Assembly (NCBI RefSeq): GCF_009914755.1
Contig: NC_060939.1
DNA length: 64,000 nucleotides
Source: the human T2T-CHM13v2.0 reference genome, Homo sapiens
Direction: 5' to 3' (one strand)
Positions 13,945 to 26,755 of the stretch are shown piece by piece; positions within the stretch are counted from its first letter, which is position 1; each line of letters begins with the position of its first letter. The notes beneath the pieces were generated by a model that was not told the origin of the DNA, did no database searches, and saw only the letters and a list, made by a program, of their open reading frames with translations. Both the position numbers and the translations under genes were made by a program.

Positions 13945-14165
13945 TATTTAATTCAAAATCCTCTTCTACTTTTGGTATTGCTTGTTATGTGACTTTGGAC
14001 CAATTAATTAACCTTTTAGAGCTTCTAGGTTGTTATTGTTATTGTTTGTTTTCATTGGGAAAATGAAGGAAATGCCTGTTTCAGAGATGCTGTAAGAATT
14101 GTATAATAAAACAATTATGCACATAGTTCAATGCCTGGACCCTAAAGAATGCACCATAGCTGTTG
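13945..14165 (+). mobile_element. MIR SINE
   Basis: ttatgtgactttggaccaattaattaacct core and caatgcctggac tail. Confidence 0.7.
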
Positions 14166-14279
14166 GATTGTTGCACTCATCCAGTTCTGTTTTTGTCTTT
14201 TTTCCACAACACCTCTTCTCCTGGTCTTCATTTGTCTGTCTCTTCTACCACATGAGGCTCTGCTTCTGGAACCCAGAGT

Positions 14280-14615
14280 TAAAATGCTTCAGTCAACCCT
14301 ATTATGGGTTGAATGTACTCTTCCGAGGTGGCTTGAGAATCTAACCACCATCTATAAAATTGTTTCCAGAAAGTGACTCACACATTAAGTTTTGGAACAC
14401 AATCTGTTGGAAATTGGAAGGTACCTGGACTGTGACTAACAGCATCAAACAAAGATGCATTATTTCTCCATTTTGCCTATTATCTACAACTCAGTCATGC
14501 TTTTCACTGCCTTCAAAGGGTGTGATTGAGCTCTTGATAAAACCCTTTCAATTCAAATGCTATGATAGCCAAAGCAAAGTATTCATGGAGATTATGCTTT
14601 GCCTTCAACATAGGG
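14280..14615 (+). mobile_element. Ancient RTE-clade LINE reverse-transcriptase fragment (MamRTE-like)
   Basis: Conceptual translation with frameshifts gives ..IKLFPES..VTNSIKQRCIISP..SVMLFTAFKGCD..FNS..IAKAK, in the order of RTE RT motifs IRLFHDG / VTNGVKQGCVLAP / AML..AF / FN..L.AKTK. Confidence 0.6.
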
Positions 14616-14634
14616 AACTGGAAATGTAAATTTG

Positions 14635-14850
14635 TTAATCCTTGCTCTGTGCCAGACACTGTGTCAATTGTCTGATACATGTTATCTCATCTAACGGTCA
14701 CAGTAACTCTAGGAGGCAAATATTCTTCTCTCCATCTTGGAGAACAGGTAATAGGCTCAGGGAGGTTAAGTAACATAGACAAGGTCATGTAGCTTGTTAA
14801 GTGGCAGAATCAAAGTTAAATCCAAGTCATCCATATGATGCCAAACCCAT
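14635..14850 (-). mobile_element. MIR SINE
   Basis: tgtgccagacactgtg...aggctcagggaggttaagtaac...aaggtcatgtagcttgttaagtggcagaatc. Confidence 0.85.
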
Positions 14851-15606
14851 GTTTCTTCTGTCGATTGCTAACTAATTGAGGTTTTCTACTCCAATGACTT
14901 CTATATCTTATTTCCAAAGCTGTTCTTTATATTTTTCTGACTGTTGGCATTGGCATTGCAACATTTAATCCATTTATGGTCCTCCTATATAGCTTTAAAC
15001 TTGCTACTTGAAGAAGTAAATCTTTTTGACCCTGGTAGAGTAATTTTTCAATGACCATCTTATAGAAGAATACCTTTTTCGTTGTCAAGATTCATTATTG
15101 TTTGGATGGCTGCCATGCACTTGTAAAGAAGCTGGATGGAGTTGGGAGTGGACTTTCACTGTCTCAACATGCTCACCACTCTTCTCCATAACTGCGAGAG
15201 ATGGACCATGGATCCTGAGATGCCATTCACAGAAGCACATTCAATAAAATTCTTTTAGGCGGTTACAGCTACCAGGTCATAAGTACTATTTCTCTAACAT
15301 GGCTAAATACAAGATTTTAGGAAATACAGGATCCTTAAGAATGGGTTTCTTATTGCCTTTTTCTCTTAAAGACTGTGATTACTGTCCTCCTGGTATGTTC
15401 TACCTGGGTCTCTGTTTACTTCATTAGCACTCCCAAACACAAATGTGAAGTATTCAGAGTGGAGTTTTTTATGCCATGTTCATTCTCTACTTCCTGTCAA
15501 AATCCCTTCATTTTTCAAACATAAGAAACATGGTGTTTTTATGCTACCCACCTTCCTTACTGTATTATTTGCTAAACTGGGGCTAGATAGAATTATATTC
15601 TGTACT

Positions 15607-16170
15607 TTATCAATTAGCTATTGCTACATAACAAACCACCCTCAAAAGCGGTGTTTGAAAATATCATCCATGTATTTAGCTCATAATTATGTGAATCAGC
15701 AATATAAGCTCCGGTCAGCTGACTACTTTTTCTGGTCTTGGCTAGACTTCTTTATGAATTCATGGTCAGCTATAGGTCAGTTGGTCAGTTGTAGAGCAGC
15801 TTTAGCGATCTTAGTTGAGCTCTCACATGTCTAGGGCCCTGGGTGGGATAAATGGTGTGGTTTGGCTCTAATCCACGTAGTGTCTCATCCTGCAGCAGGT
15901 TCACACAGGTTTGTTCATGGCAGCTGGGCAGTGTTCTAAGAGAGTGAACAGTTGCAGGCAAGGCCTCTTGATACCTAGGCTCAGGATGAGCACACCGTCA
16001 CCTCCACTATATTCTGTTGGCCAAAACAAGTTGCAGGGCCATTCTAGCCAGAGGAAGTGGAGAAATACACTCTGCACCTTACAGAGAGGAGCTGCAAAGC
16101 CACATTGCAAATGGTATGGACACAGGAAGAAGTGGAGAATTGGAGCCCTTTCTGCAAGCGATAAACCGAA
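15607..16170 (-). mobile_element. MLT1 (G/H-type) MaLR LTR
   Basis: tatcaattagctattgctacataacaaaccacc is the reverse MLT1 3' end; attctgttggccaaaacaagt and gagctgcaaagccacattgcaa motifs. Confidence 0.8.
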
Positions 16171-16934
16171 ACTTCCTCTTTATTGCTGTTCTCTATCTCT
16201 TGCCAAAGTGACTTTTAGTTCTTCATTAATCTGTGCCAAGGTGCTGTTGTGGTGAGCTAGGTGATTGTAGTAACAGATATACAATGGTTTATTTGTAATA
16301 TTTAAAAGATATATTTTGAAAGAATTTGTGGTTAGAGTGGCTACCACAAGCCTTTCTACAGTGGAAAGGCTGTAGAACATGCTTATCTGCACAGGAGCCC
16401 AGCTAATCATTTGTTGTTTCTGAACTGCTTGTCTGAGGAGTTTGGAGTTCCTGAGCTAAGCATGAGGGGGAATGGGCTCACCAAACTGCTATAATGAAAT
16501 GGACTCTTTCTCAAATTGTCTTATTAAAAAACAGTAAATTACCAAGGTCGTATAGACATTTTCCTTCTACGTGTTTATTCTCAACTCTCACTGCTGCCTA
16601 ATAATTATAGCTGCTCCAGAAATTAGGTCTTTCTGGTCTCTCACAGGTATTTGCAAACTAGCGTGCTATCCTGGCTAGACAGCTAAATCACTTGATGCAG
16701 GTAAAATACACATCTCTAGAAAATTCGAAAGAAGCATTTGCAACTTTTGTTTTACAGAAGATTAATCCTCTTTGTTGTTCCTTGAAAAATTGATTTTGAG
16801 ATGATAGATTTGATAAACCCTCCTTATTAAATTAATCATTAATACTTGCATTCAATAACCACAATGTTAATATATTAAAATGTCTGGGAAAACCTGCCCT
16901 AAAAAGCCATAGCTACTTAATGGGCTAATTTTTC

Positions 16935-18030
16935 TGCTGTTCCTTCCCACACTAATCCTGAGATCTGCTTTCCACCCTCTGTGCACTTCTGTAGGTCCCC
17001 TGGAATCTAACCCCTGTGGAACACATCCAAGCTCTGTGCCCCCTGACTTTTTATTGGGTTTGGCCAATAGAAGATAACCTGTAGAAGATAAAAGAACAGG
17101 AGGAAAATAGATTTTCCTTCCCTGCATTTTTGCTGCTTTGGTGCCAATTCACCTAAAGTAGCTGGGCTCCTCTATGAATATAGCTCTTGCAGAGCAGGCC
17201 CTCCCCATGGCTCCAGCTCCCCCTGGGCTGTAAGAAACAATATTTCTTCTTCGCCCACTTCAGCATCAGGGATGTTAAAGGCTTCCCTGTTATTGCAACT
17301 CCCTCGGTGTTTCTCCAACCCTTGATTATTTCATTAACCCTGCGGGCACTTCTTTAAACAGTTCCTTCATCAAAGTCTGTTCCTAGGAGTTTTATCCTGG
17401 GGTCCAAGGACCCCAATGACATCTGTAAATGGAAAAGGGCTAGTGAACTTGGATAGGAAAAAAAATAAATTGTGAACTTGTGTAGTTAAAAAAAATTTAC
17501 TCCTTTATTTTCGCTAACTTCTAAAAGAAATTTAGCACTTCCTTCAGTTATGAATGTAAACAAAAGACAGTGGCAGTATCTCTGATTTTGTCATCAACAG
17601 GTATCGCAGATGTTTTCATGTCATATTACAGATTTGTAGACATCTTGAAATACTGTTTAATCGTTATCACTATTTTGAAACTGTGTTAGTAATGAGGCCC
17701 AATGTTAGATCACATTATTTAAATGGATTGATAAAGAAAGCACATTTATTCCTATACTAGAAATTTGTCTTTAAAATATTTTGTTAACTGAGTTTCAATT
17801 TAATTTGTATCCTTTTGCAATCTTTATGCATTTTATTTTATATATTTTCTGCAGTGGGGTCCATAGGCTTCACCAAACTCCCAAAAGCTTCATCACTGAT
17901 GCACAAGCAAGCGCACACACACACACACGCACAGACACACGCATGCACACGCACACTCACACACACGCAAGTGTTTAAGAACTCCTGAACCAACTGAGTG
18001 GATTATAATTCTGCAAGGCCATGACTGATA
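16935..18030 (+). mobile_element. LTR33-type ERVL LTR, interrupted by Charlie4a
   Basis: ttgggtttggccaatag, cttcagcatcagggatgttaaaggcttccctgtt, attaaccctgc...ccttcatcaaa; 3' remainder ...catgactgata after the DNA transposon. Confidence 0.75.
17384..17987 (+). mobile_element. Charlie4a-like hAT transposon with internal (CA)-rich expansion at ~17900-17968
   Basis: TIRs taggagttttatcc / tttaagaactcctg; cctggggtccaaggaccc, gtgaacttggat, ggggtccataggcttcacca. Confidence 0.8.
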
Positions 18031-19935
18031 AAACACAAGTTCCCAGTCTGTTTGACCAGGGAATCCATTTTTTATGTTTGTGGATTAGGATTTTATGGGA
18101 CTAGTCTTTCACAAAATACACTTAGGAATAGACATCCTACAGAAATGACCCATCATATGAGATGTCCAGAAATGGAGCAAGCAGTCATGGAGCTATCTGG
18201 TCAGAAAGGGACTGTTGCTTCCTGAGTCCCACTGGGTACAGGACTTGTGCTTCTCAGACCTTCTTTGCCCCTTATTTTTTCTCCCAACCTGTTTTCTTTC
18301 CAGATACCACAGATCTTTTTCTTAGGTTCACTACTCTTGCCATCCACTACTTTTCCCTTCATAGCCCCTGGATAAAATTGTCTCCCAGTGTCCTGAATCC
18401 TATTTCATAAACCGTCTGTGTTTATTCCCATGGTGAGAAAAGACTTATGGGGTATACTATTTGACTACAGGCAATCACACCAAAACAAAACAGTTATTCT
18501 GTACCATCAAGAAGGTACAGTATCCATTTTCCACCTGGGAAAAATCTCTCAGCTTCTCTGCATTTGTCACTGGAAATATGATTTAGTCCTGTCAGGGTAG
18601 TCAAACACATCTTTTTATTGTTTATCTCTGGTTCCCTACTAATTAACCATGCAGAACTGGAGATGACCGCAATTGTGCTATTAACAGATGCCCAGTCTCT
18701 TCCATTAACTGTGCTCTTCGAGAGTGACATTTTCCTTTTATTTATTTTAGTATTCTCAGGTCCTGATACCAGGAGCTCAATTATGCTTATTGGATGAATA
18801 AATGAGGTGCAAATGTAAGCTGGGGCAAGAAGGGTTTGCTTTGTCAACAGATTTAGTGACTAAAAAACCACACTGAAGGAAACTTAAGGACAGCATTCAT
18901 ATTTTATTCATCATTAGACCCACTAAGGACCATGGGCATAGTGTTGGCTGCTTACTGACTGGGCCATGATCCCAGGTTCCATCTTATACTCCTGAGAGGC
19001 AGAGCCAGAGTTAACACATTTAGCCTTTAGAAAGACACACCATAGTGCTGACCATTCTCCCTGAAGATTTTGGTTTTCTGCAGATATTTACAAAATCTTC
19101 ACAAGGATTGTGACAATCTTCTTTGATTTTTCTGGTCCCATCAGTGCCAAAACTTATCAATCTATGTTAATAATATATGCAATTTTAGGTATATGTTTTC
19201 AAAAGTCTTACTAAAACAACTACTCTTTGAGGAGTATTTTCTACTTTTCATCGGTTTTCTCTGTTTTAAACCTGTAACTTTTCTGTCAAAGAGATTTGTA
19301 GTGTCTTGTTTTTCCGAAAGGTTTTTAAGGGTCTTCCTGAAGTTTGAGTTCTCTTCATGTTTTCTCCCTTTGATTTTTATTTTTTGTCGCCTGTGGCAGT
19401 ACTTTTTAAGGATTTTTTCTTTTTTTTATTGAAGTCAGCATTTTGAACTGTGCTTCATATGGACAGTTTTCTGACATCAAGCTTGCGTGTGTCAGCTGGC
19501 TCCAAGTTAGCCTTCAGCTTTGAAGAAGAGGCTTAAAATCAGCTTCCTGTGCATGAACTTTAGTGGTTGATAAGTCGATCATGTACCCCTGTCTTGCCAG
19601 CTTTGGTCATCACTAACTTTATCGTAAAGCTCAAATTCGGTCTGGTAAGTAAAACTGTAGAGAACTTGGGAAGAGATATTGTCCTGCAAAATGTTAATTC
19701 TTGAATTTATGGTACATATATTTATTTGAATTCCTCTTTTTATTTCTTTGGTTACATTCTCTTACTCTTTGCTTCTGCTTTATCTTTTGAAATAATGTCT
19801 ATTATAATTTGTGAATCTTAGCAATAACTACAGATTGTTTTTTAATGTTTGCTATATGGTTGTCATTAAAATGCCAAAGCATTTTAATTCAGGACAACTT
19901 CAGTGTTAACAGAAGAAAAGATGAAATACTATTTG

Positions 19936-20117
19936 GGAGGGATAGCATTGGGAGATATACCGAATGCTAGATGACGAGTTAGTGGGTGCAGCGCACCAGC
20001 ATGGCACATGTATACATATGTAAGTAACCTGCACAATGTGCACATGTACCCTAAAACTTAAAGTATAATAATAAAAGAAAAAAAAATAATAAAATAAAAT
20101 TAAATTTAAAAAAAAAA
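19936..20117 (+). mobile_element. 5'-truncated L1PA2 3' end with A-rich tail
   Basis: gatgacGAGttagtgggtgcagcgcacc (GAG rather than ACA/ACG), gcacaatgtg, cttAaagtat; perfect 13-bp TSD gaaatactatttg (19923-19935 / 20118-20130). Confidence 0.93.
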
Positions 20118-20269
20118 GAAATACTATTTGCTATTAAATTTACATTGTTTTCACTCTTTCCCTGACTCTGACTTCAAAGACCAAGTTGAATGTTATGTCT
20201 TTGGTGAATCCATTCTTATACTTTTTACCATTGGAATTGATTCTTTTTCTATCCTCTGTGCTATGGACG

Positions 20270-20500
20270 TAATCATAATAATGATAATTGCACCCATTGG
20301 GCACTTAATGTTTGCCAGGCACTATGCTAAGTACTTTTCATATAATAGCTAACTTAATTTTAACAATAACCCTGTGAGATAAGTATTATACTATTCTTGT
20401 CTCCATTTTACATATAGGGAAACTGAAGTGCAGACTGTGAAAATGACGTTTTATCTCAGATCTCTTTAACTTCCAAACCCTAGCAACCACTCAGCACTGT
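20270..20500 (-). mobile_element. MIR SINE
   Basis: tgccaggcactatgctaag...aataaccctgtgagataag...ccattttacatatagggaaactgaag. Confidence 0.85.
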
Positions 20501-21104
20501 TGCCTTAAAAGAAAACTATACCTTATACCTCATTTCATTCCAAGTCACCAAACTTCTTGTCACACGGTAGATGCTCAATAAATATTTGTTGAATAAATGA
20601 CTATGAAAGAAAATTCTTCACATCAATGACAGTTATTCAGTTGAACTGTAAGTAGAAGTCTGGAACCTGTTAACATCCACAACTCATCAAAAATTTGCTC
20701 TTTTATTCTCCGTTACTCCCATCTTGATCTCCTACTTCCTGTCACTCTAAACCAATCATTTTACCTTCCCTAACTTCTACTTGGTTGTTCCCTCTCCTTT
20801 CTTGCTGCTCGGTGAAGACATGAGAATGGCAGAGGGAACCCTGCTTGGTTTGTGTAATAGCAGCAGATCCTTGTTCTGATATCTGAGGTCACGAATACCC
20901 ACTTTTTTCCTCCCTGTTGCACCCTGGAGAGCCCCTGGCATTTCCCAATCTTGAGCAGAGTAGAACATCAACCCTTAGTCTTACAGTCTTCTCAGATTTG
21001 GTAGATCTGCCCTTTATCACTGGGAATGTCACCAACTCTGGAGACTTGAGGAAGAAGGTACAAAGCTATTTCATATACACCCTGCCCCCTCCATGTGCTT
21101 CTTA

Positions 21105-21805
<701 letters not shown>

Positions 21806-21843
21806 ACACACAGACATACACACATATAGTAACACAGTAATGT

Positions 21844-22284
21844 TGCTATATGAATTGAAATGTGTCTCTCTAAAAGATATTGAAGTCCTAATCCCCAGTA
21901 CTTGTGACTGTGATCTTGTTTAGAAACAGAGACTTTACAGATGACCAAGTTAAGATGAGGTCATTGGGATGGAGCCTAATCCAGTAGAACCACATCTTTA
22001 TAAAAGAAGACAATTTGGATACAGAAACACACGTATGAAAATAAAGGTAGCTATTAAGGTAATGCATCTTCAATTTGAGGAATGTCAAAAATTTCCAGCA
22101 AACCACCAGAAACTAGGAAAACACCATGGAGCAGATTTTCCCTTCACAGACCTGAGAAGGAACTGCCTTGCCAACATCTTGATCTCAGATTTCTAGCCTC
22201 TATAACTGTGAGACAATAAGTTTCTGTTGTGTAAGCCATCCAGTTTGTGGTACTTTGTTATGGAAGACCTAGAAAACTAATGCA
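21844..22284 (+). mobile_element. MLT1C-type MaLR LTR
   Basis: ttgaagtcctaatccccagtac...ccagcaaaccaccagaaactagg...gtttgtggtactttgttatgg...aaactaatgca. Confidence 0.88.
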
Positions 22285-23264
22285 ATTATCTATGCAGATT
22301 TAGCCATCTCCCCGTCTAAAACATAAACACAGACATCAACCAAGAAGGTATCTGAGTAGTGACAATAGATGCCAGAGAGGTCACAGACGCAAAGTCCAGT
22401 ACTTTGTTATCAATAGGCATGCATGCAGAGCCTTTTCATTCCTTTTAAATTTCTAATTCTATCAACTATCTTTCTGCTTTTCAAATCCATAGCTGCAGTG
22501 GATGAGTCAATGACCAAGAAGAGTTTCTGTATAGACACTGATTGGAAGGTACCAATCACTGATAAGATAGCAGGAGAGGATCAAAGAACTTGTGAATAGT
22601 AAATAGTGTCAGAAACAATCAAGACATATGCCTGCTTGCGAAGAAGCCACAAAAAAAACAAGATAAGCATGGTCTGGCTCTTCAGCTGTAGACTTTGCCC
22701 TGTAGTCTCCCTGTCTCTGCATCCCCAGAACCCAATCCTTCATCTCATTCCACATCTCTGCTTTGGTTCACATCAGATATTATGCCAGCTTCTTTCATCA
22801 CTTTATTTTTCTAATTGTCTTTCATGGCTCGATCATGTTATTCATTCTGAATATTTAACTTGGTAAACCTATTGGTTCAATATGTGTCCTATTCCCAAAC
22901 AAGCTTTTCCTCCAAGCTCCTCCTGCCAGCCAAAGGTGTAATAGGATGAATTTGTTAAAATGCCAAAGACCACAAAAAGCAAAGTGATCAGGAGCTCATT
23001 AGGGTAGAGGCATACATGCTTGAACACATGATTATCATCAGGGCATCATTGTATTATGAAAGTACAATATGATTATTTCATTGACTCTGAGCCATAAAAA
23101 TATCAAGGAAACAGCTACATATAAAATAATACAGCTTAGAAAAGCTCCTACTTCTGTTGTACAAGTTGTTAAAAGCTTAATTGCTTTAAAGTCATGATTG
23201 TCCAGATTAACTCTTTATGATTATTGGAGAGCTGTTTCTGGTTTGCTCTGATTTGTGATGTGTC

Positions 23265-23463
23265 TCTTCCTTTTTCCTTCCTTTCCTCTTTCTGTTCTAC
23301 CTTATGTCTTTCTTTCTTTCTCTTTCTTTCTTTCTTTCTTTCTTTCTTTTCTTTCTTTTCTTTCTTTTCTTTCTTTTTCTTTCTCTTTCTTTTTCTTTCT
23401 TTCTTTTTTTCTTTGTTTCTCTTCTTTTTCTTTCTTCCTCTTTCTCCTCTTTCTCTCTCTCTG

Positions 23464-23515
<52 letters not shown>
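23265..23515. repeat. Compound (TTTC)n/(CT)n/(CA)n simple repeat
   Basis: Read directly; explains the low-complexity ORFs here. Confidence 0.97.
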
Positions 23516-23518
<3 letters not shown>

Positions 23519-23770
23519 TGCATGCATACATCTTCTTCTAAAAATATGAGGCCAGCAGTGCGTGTGTAAAAGGTAGATATCTGCACTCAAGATGCAATTT
23601 CAGGACTGAAATAGGCCCACCTGACAAAAGAATCCCCACATCCACCTTGTAGCCCTTCAGTACTTTGCAACCTTCTTTTCTACTATAATTCTAATGATAT
23701 ATGACGTTGTGTGAATAAGAAAGCATTTTGGAATGAAGTCACTGAAACTGACATTGAATTGAGTCCATAC

Positions 23771-24054
23771 ATTATATATTTTATATATATAAGAATCATA
23801 TATATTTTATATATATAAGAATCTTATATATATTTTATATATATAAGAATCTTATATATATTTTTATATGTAAGAATCTTATATATATTTTATATATATA
23901 AGATTCTTATATATTTTATATATATAAGAATCTTATATATTTTTTATATATATAAGAATCTTATATATATATTTTTATATATAAGAATTCAAGAAATTGA
24001 ATCCATACATCATATATTTTATATATATAAGAATTCATATATATGTGTGTGTGT

Positions 24055-24090
<36 letters not shown>
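23771..24090. repeat. AT-rich minisatellite (26-29 bp unit TATATTTTATATATATAAGAATCT, about 9 copies) followed by (TG)n(CA)n(TA)n
   Basis: aagaat/aagatt cores at ~23791, 23817, 23845, 23872, 23900, 23926, 23954, 23983, 24029. Confidence 0.93.
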
Positions 24091-24091
<1 letters not shown>

Positions 24092-25807
24092 ACCTTTTGT
24101 TACTTTAACTTATTGATGGATATGTCATACAAGTGATTGAGTCGTACCAGCAGCCTGGAACCATGCCTGTAGATCAGCTGCTTTACCAGGAAGAACATTG
24201 GTTTTGTATGAAGACAAATGTAGATTACTCCTGGCACTGGTACTTTTGACCTGGGGCAAGTTTACTGCTTATTTCTTTCCTTGGGTTAATCTATGAGGAC
24301 TTAATAAACTATTGTCGGAAAATGGTTGCACAGATCAAATAAGATGTTAAATGATAGCTCTGTCCCAGAACCAATAAGCCTTGGTAAATGTTTGTTTGTT
24401 TATCTCTTTTATTTGTTAAATCTCAGTCAGTTCCTAGTTGAAGTCACTCATATGTAGAGAAAAAATAGCTGATGTTCACTGTTACATTGCAGGTAACTCA
24501 GATGTAGCTTCCTCCTTTTTAGTTTAGGGCTTTGACATATTTGAGTTTATCAGATGAATTAATTGTCACCCTGGAAGGCTGAGACCAGGATGCCCTACTG
24601 AATTGCAGACAAGTGGAGTTTTTTTAAGGGGACTTAGAAAAGAGAGTAAAATAAATATAGAAGAGAGGCAGGAGACTGGCTATAACAAATCTTGGCAGTC
24701 TGAGTTCACTTGGCCAGAGACTAGCCCTCTATGGAGTGCCAAAGTGGGTCCCTGTATGTAAGGATGAGGTTTCACCTAGTGACAAATAAATGACCATGAA
24801 TAAATTATTCTCTCTGTATCCATCACAGCTCCTAGAAAATTGCCTTGCATATGGCAGCTCTCAGTGTTTAATGAGTGAATGATTTATTCAATTAATCACT
24901 GAATTTTAAATGGATGGGCCATGAGAGATCGTATAATCCCAAACTGTTACTTTACACCTAGGAAACTGAAGCTTACTTATTGTCTTACTGAGCGTATACT
25001 AAAGAGACTAGACTTTGGTCTACTGACTCCAACATGAGGCTCTATGCTACTGCTTTGGGGATACAGGATATACAGAACCTTCATTTCAAACTAGAATCAG
25101 ATAAAGAGTTGACTTCTTCCAGCTGCTGCCTTTTTCTTTCTCCACAGATAAAAATTCCCAGGTGTCTTTCTCATGGCTCTAGGACTAAAGATCTATTTGT
25201 TTTCTAATTAAAAACACCCCAAGCATCAGATGCTATTTCTTTGTCTTAGTGGCTCAGAATATCTAGGTGCCCTGTGGTGTGCTATGCTTTTAGGTCTCTC
25301 CATGTGGTCTTAAAAAAATGGGGGATGCAGTTTATGGTCATGGATAATACATACTGAAATTTGACAAAGGTCAGTAATTGTGCCCCAAGATGCCTTGTGC
25401 TATACAGGTTGTGAGGGTGTGCTGGTGTGCAGATATTGGCTCAGTCTGTCACAGCTGATCTCCTTTATTTCCCATTTGTCTGCTGTCATTTGTCCAGACT
25501 CTATACTTTATATGCATACTGTTCACTTCTGCATACCTTTGGTACTAGCATTTGGCTAATCAAATTCTAAGATGTCTGCAGGACTAGCTGAAGTCATATT
25601 TGCTGGATGATGAAGCTCCCGTTCCTTGACAATTACAGTCATATTGGTCTCCTTCTCCACTGCATTCTTAAAACCTTTGAAGTCTGACCATCCTTTATTC
25701 TTTATTATGTGTGGGACTGAATATGTTCTATGCTTGTATCTTCTCTAGAAGACTGATAACATATTATATTTTCATTGAATGAATGTTTGGTCAAAGTCTG
25801 CTTTGGT

Positions 25808-25995
25808 TAGCGTTGCCAGATAAAATATAGAACACTTAGTTAAATTTGAATTTCAGATAAAGAATGAAAAGCTTTTTAGTATAAACCTGTTCCAAATAGT
25901 GCATGAAACTTTATTGTATTAAAATTCATTGTTTATTATCTGAAATTCAAATTTAACTGAAGTTTTATTTTTATTTGCTAATTTTGGCAACTCTC
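25808..25995. mobile_element. MER53 palindromic MITE
   Basis: tagcgttgccagataaaata...agttaaatttgaatttcagataa and its inverse ttatctgaaattcaaatttaact...tggcaactct. Confidence 0.9.
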
Positions 25996-26556
25996 TTGGA
26001 AGTGTTTTTACTTCAGGCCTCTCTTAGAAAAATTCTTCTTTGTGGCAAAGAATATTTGAGGATTAAGCAATCTGCAAAACTTTTATCTTAACCTATAAAG
26101 CATAGGTCTGCCAGGATTTTTTGATTAATCTGCTCCAGTTTTTGCCTGTGTAATCCTCACACTCTCATTTAATAAAATTTATTGTAACATAAGTTTTATT
26201 TTTCTTATACAGAATATAATCTATGTAAAGTTGTATATCTTGAATATACAAATACTTTTCATGAATGCTAGATTTCCATGGTTACATATAAGAATAATTA
26301 GCATGTAGAATTCAAACAAGAAAGCACCACCAATAACTGACATATAAATGCATAAACATCACTATAGTGTCAGTTGTGTGAGAGTAACGATTTGCCTGTG
26401 TTTCCTTCTGTCTCCCATCTCCAGTACCTAACACAAGTGGTAGGTGCCCTATAAGTAGCTGGCTCTTACTCTGCCTTCTCTATCTCATCCATCCTTCTAT
26501 AGACATTGGAGTCACAGGTCACCAGGATTTCTTCCTTTATACTCTGCTTTCTAAGT

Positions 26557-26755
26557 CAGTGGTTCTCAAAGTGTCATCAGTCCCTTGGCCAGCAACTGTC
26601 GGCCACACCTGAGAACTTGTAATAAATGCACATTCTTAGGCCCCATTCCTGAGAAAGGGATGAGAAACTGCCTGAGAAACACTAGGGGTGAGGCCAACAA
26701 TCTAGGTTTTAACAAGCACTGCAGGTGGTTCTGATGCACTCTTAAAGAACCACTG
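26557..26755. mobile_element. MER5A hAT-Charlie MITE
   Basis: TIRs cagtggttct / agaaccactg; aaatgcacattcttaggcccc; ttttaacaagc...ggtggttctgatgcac. Confidence 0.9.

Noticed and set aside
23169-23586. Five overlapping ORFs rich in K/E/R or F/L/S
   Set aside because: Translations of (TTTC)n/(CT)n/(CA)n repeats
23771-24040. CRISPR-like periodic array
   Set aside because: Units are contiguous (TA)-rich repeats with no unique spacers, no cas genes, and the DNA is primate
25880-25925. miR-1302 gene in MER53
   Set aside because: The corresponding segment (catgaaactttattgtattaaaa) is far from the mature miR-1302 sequence
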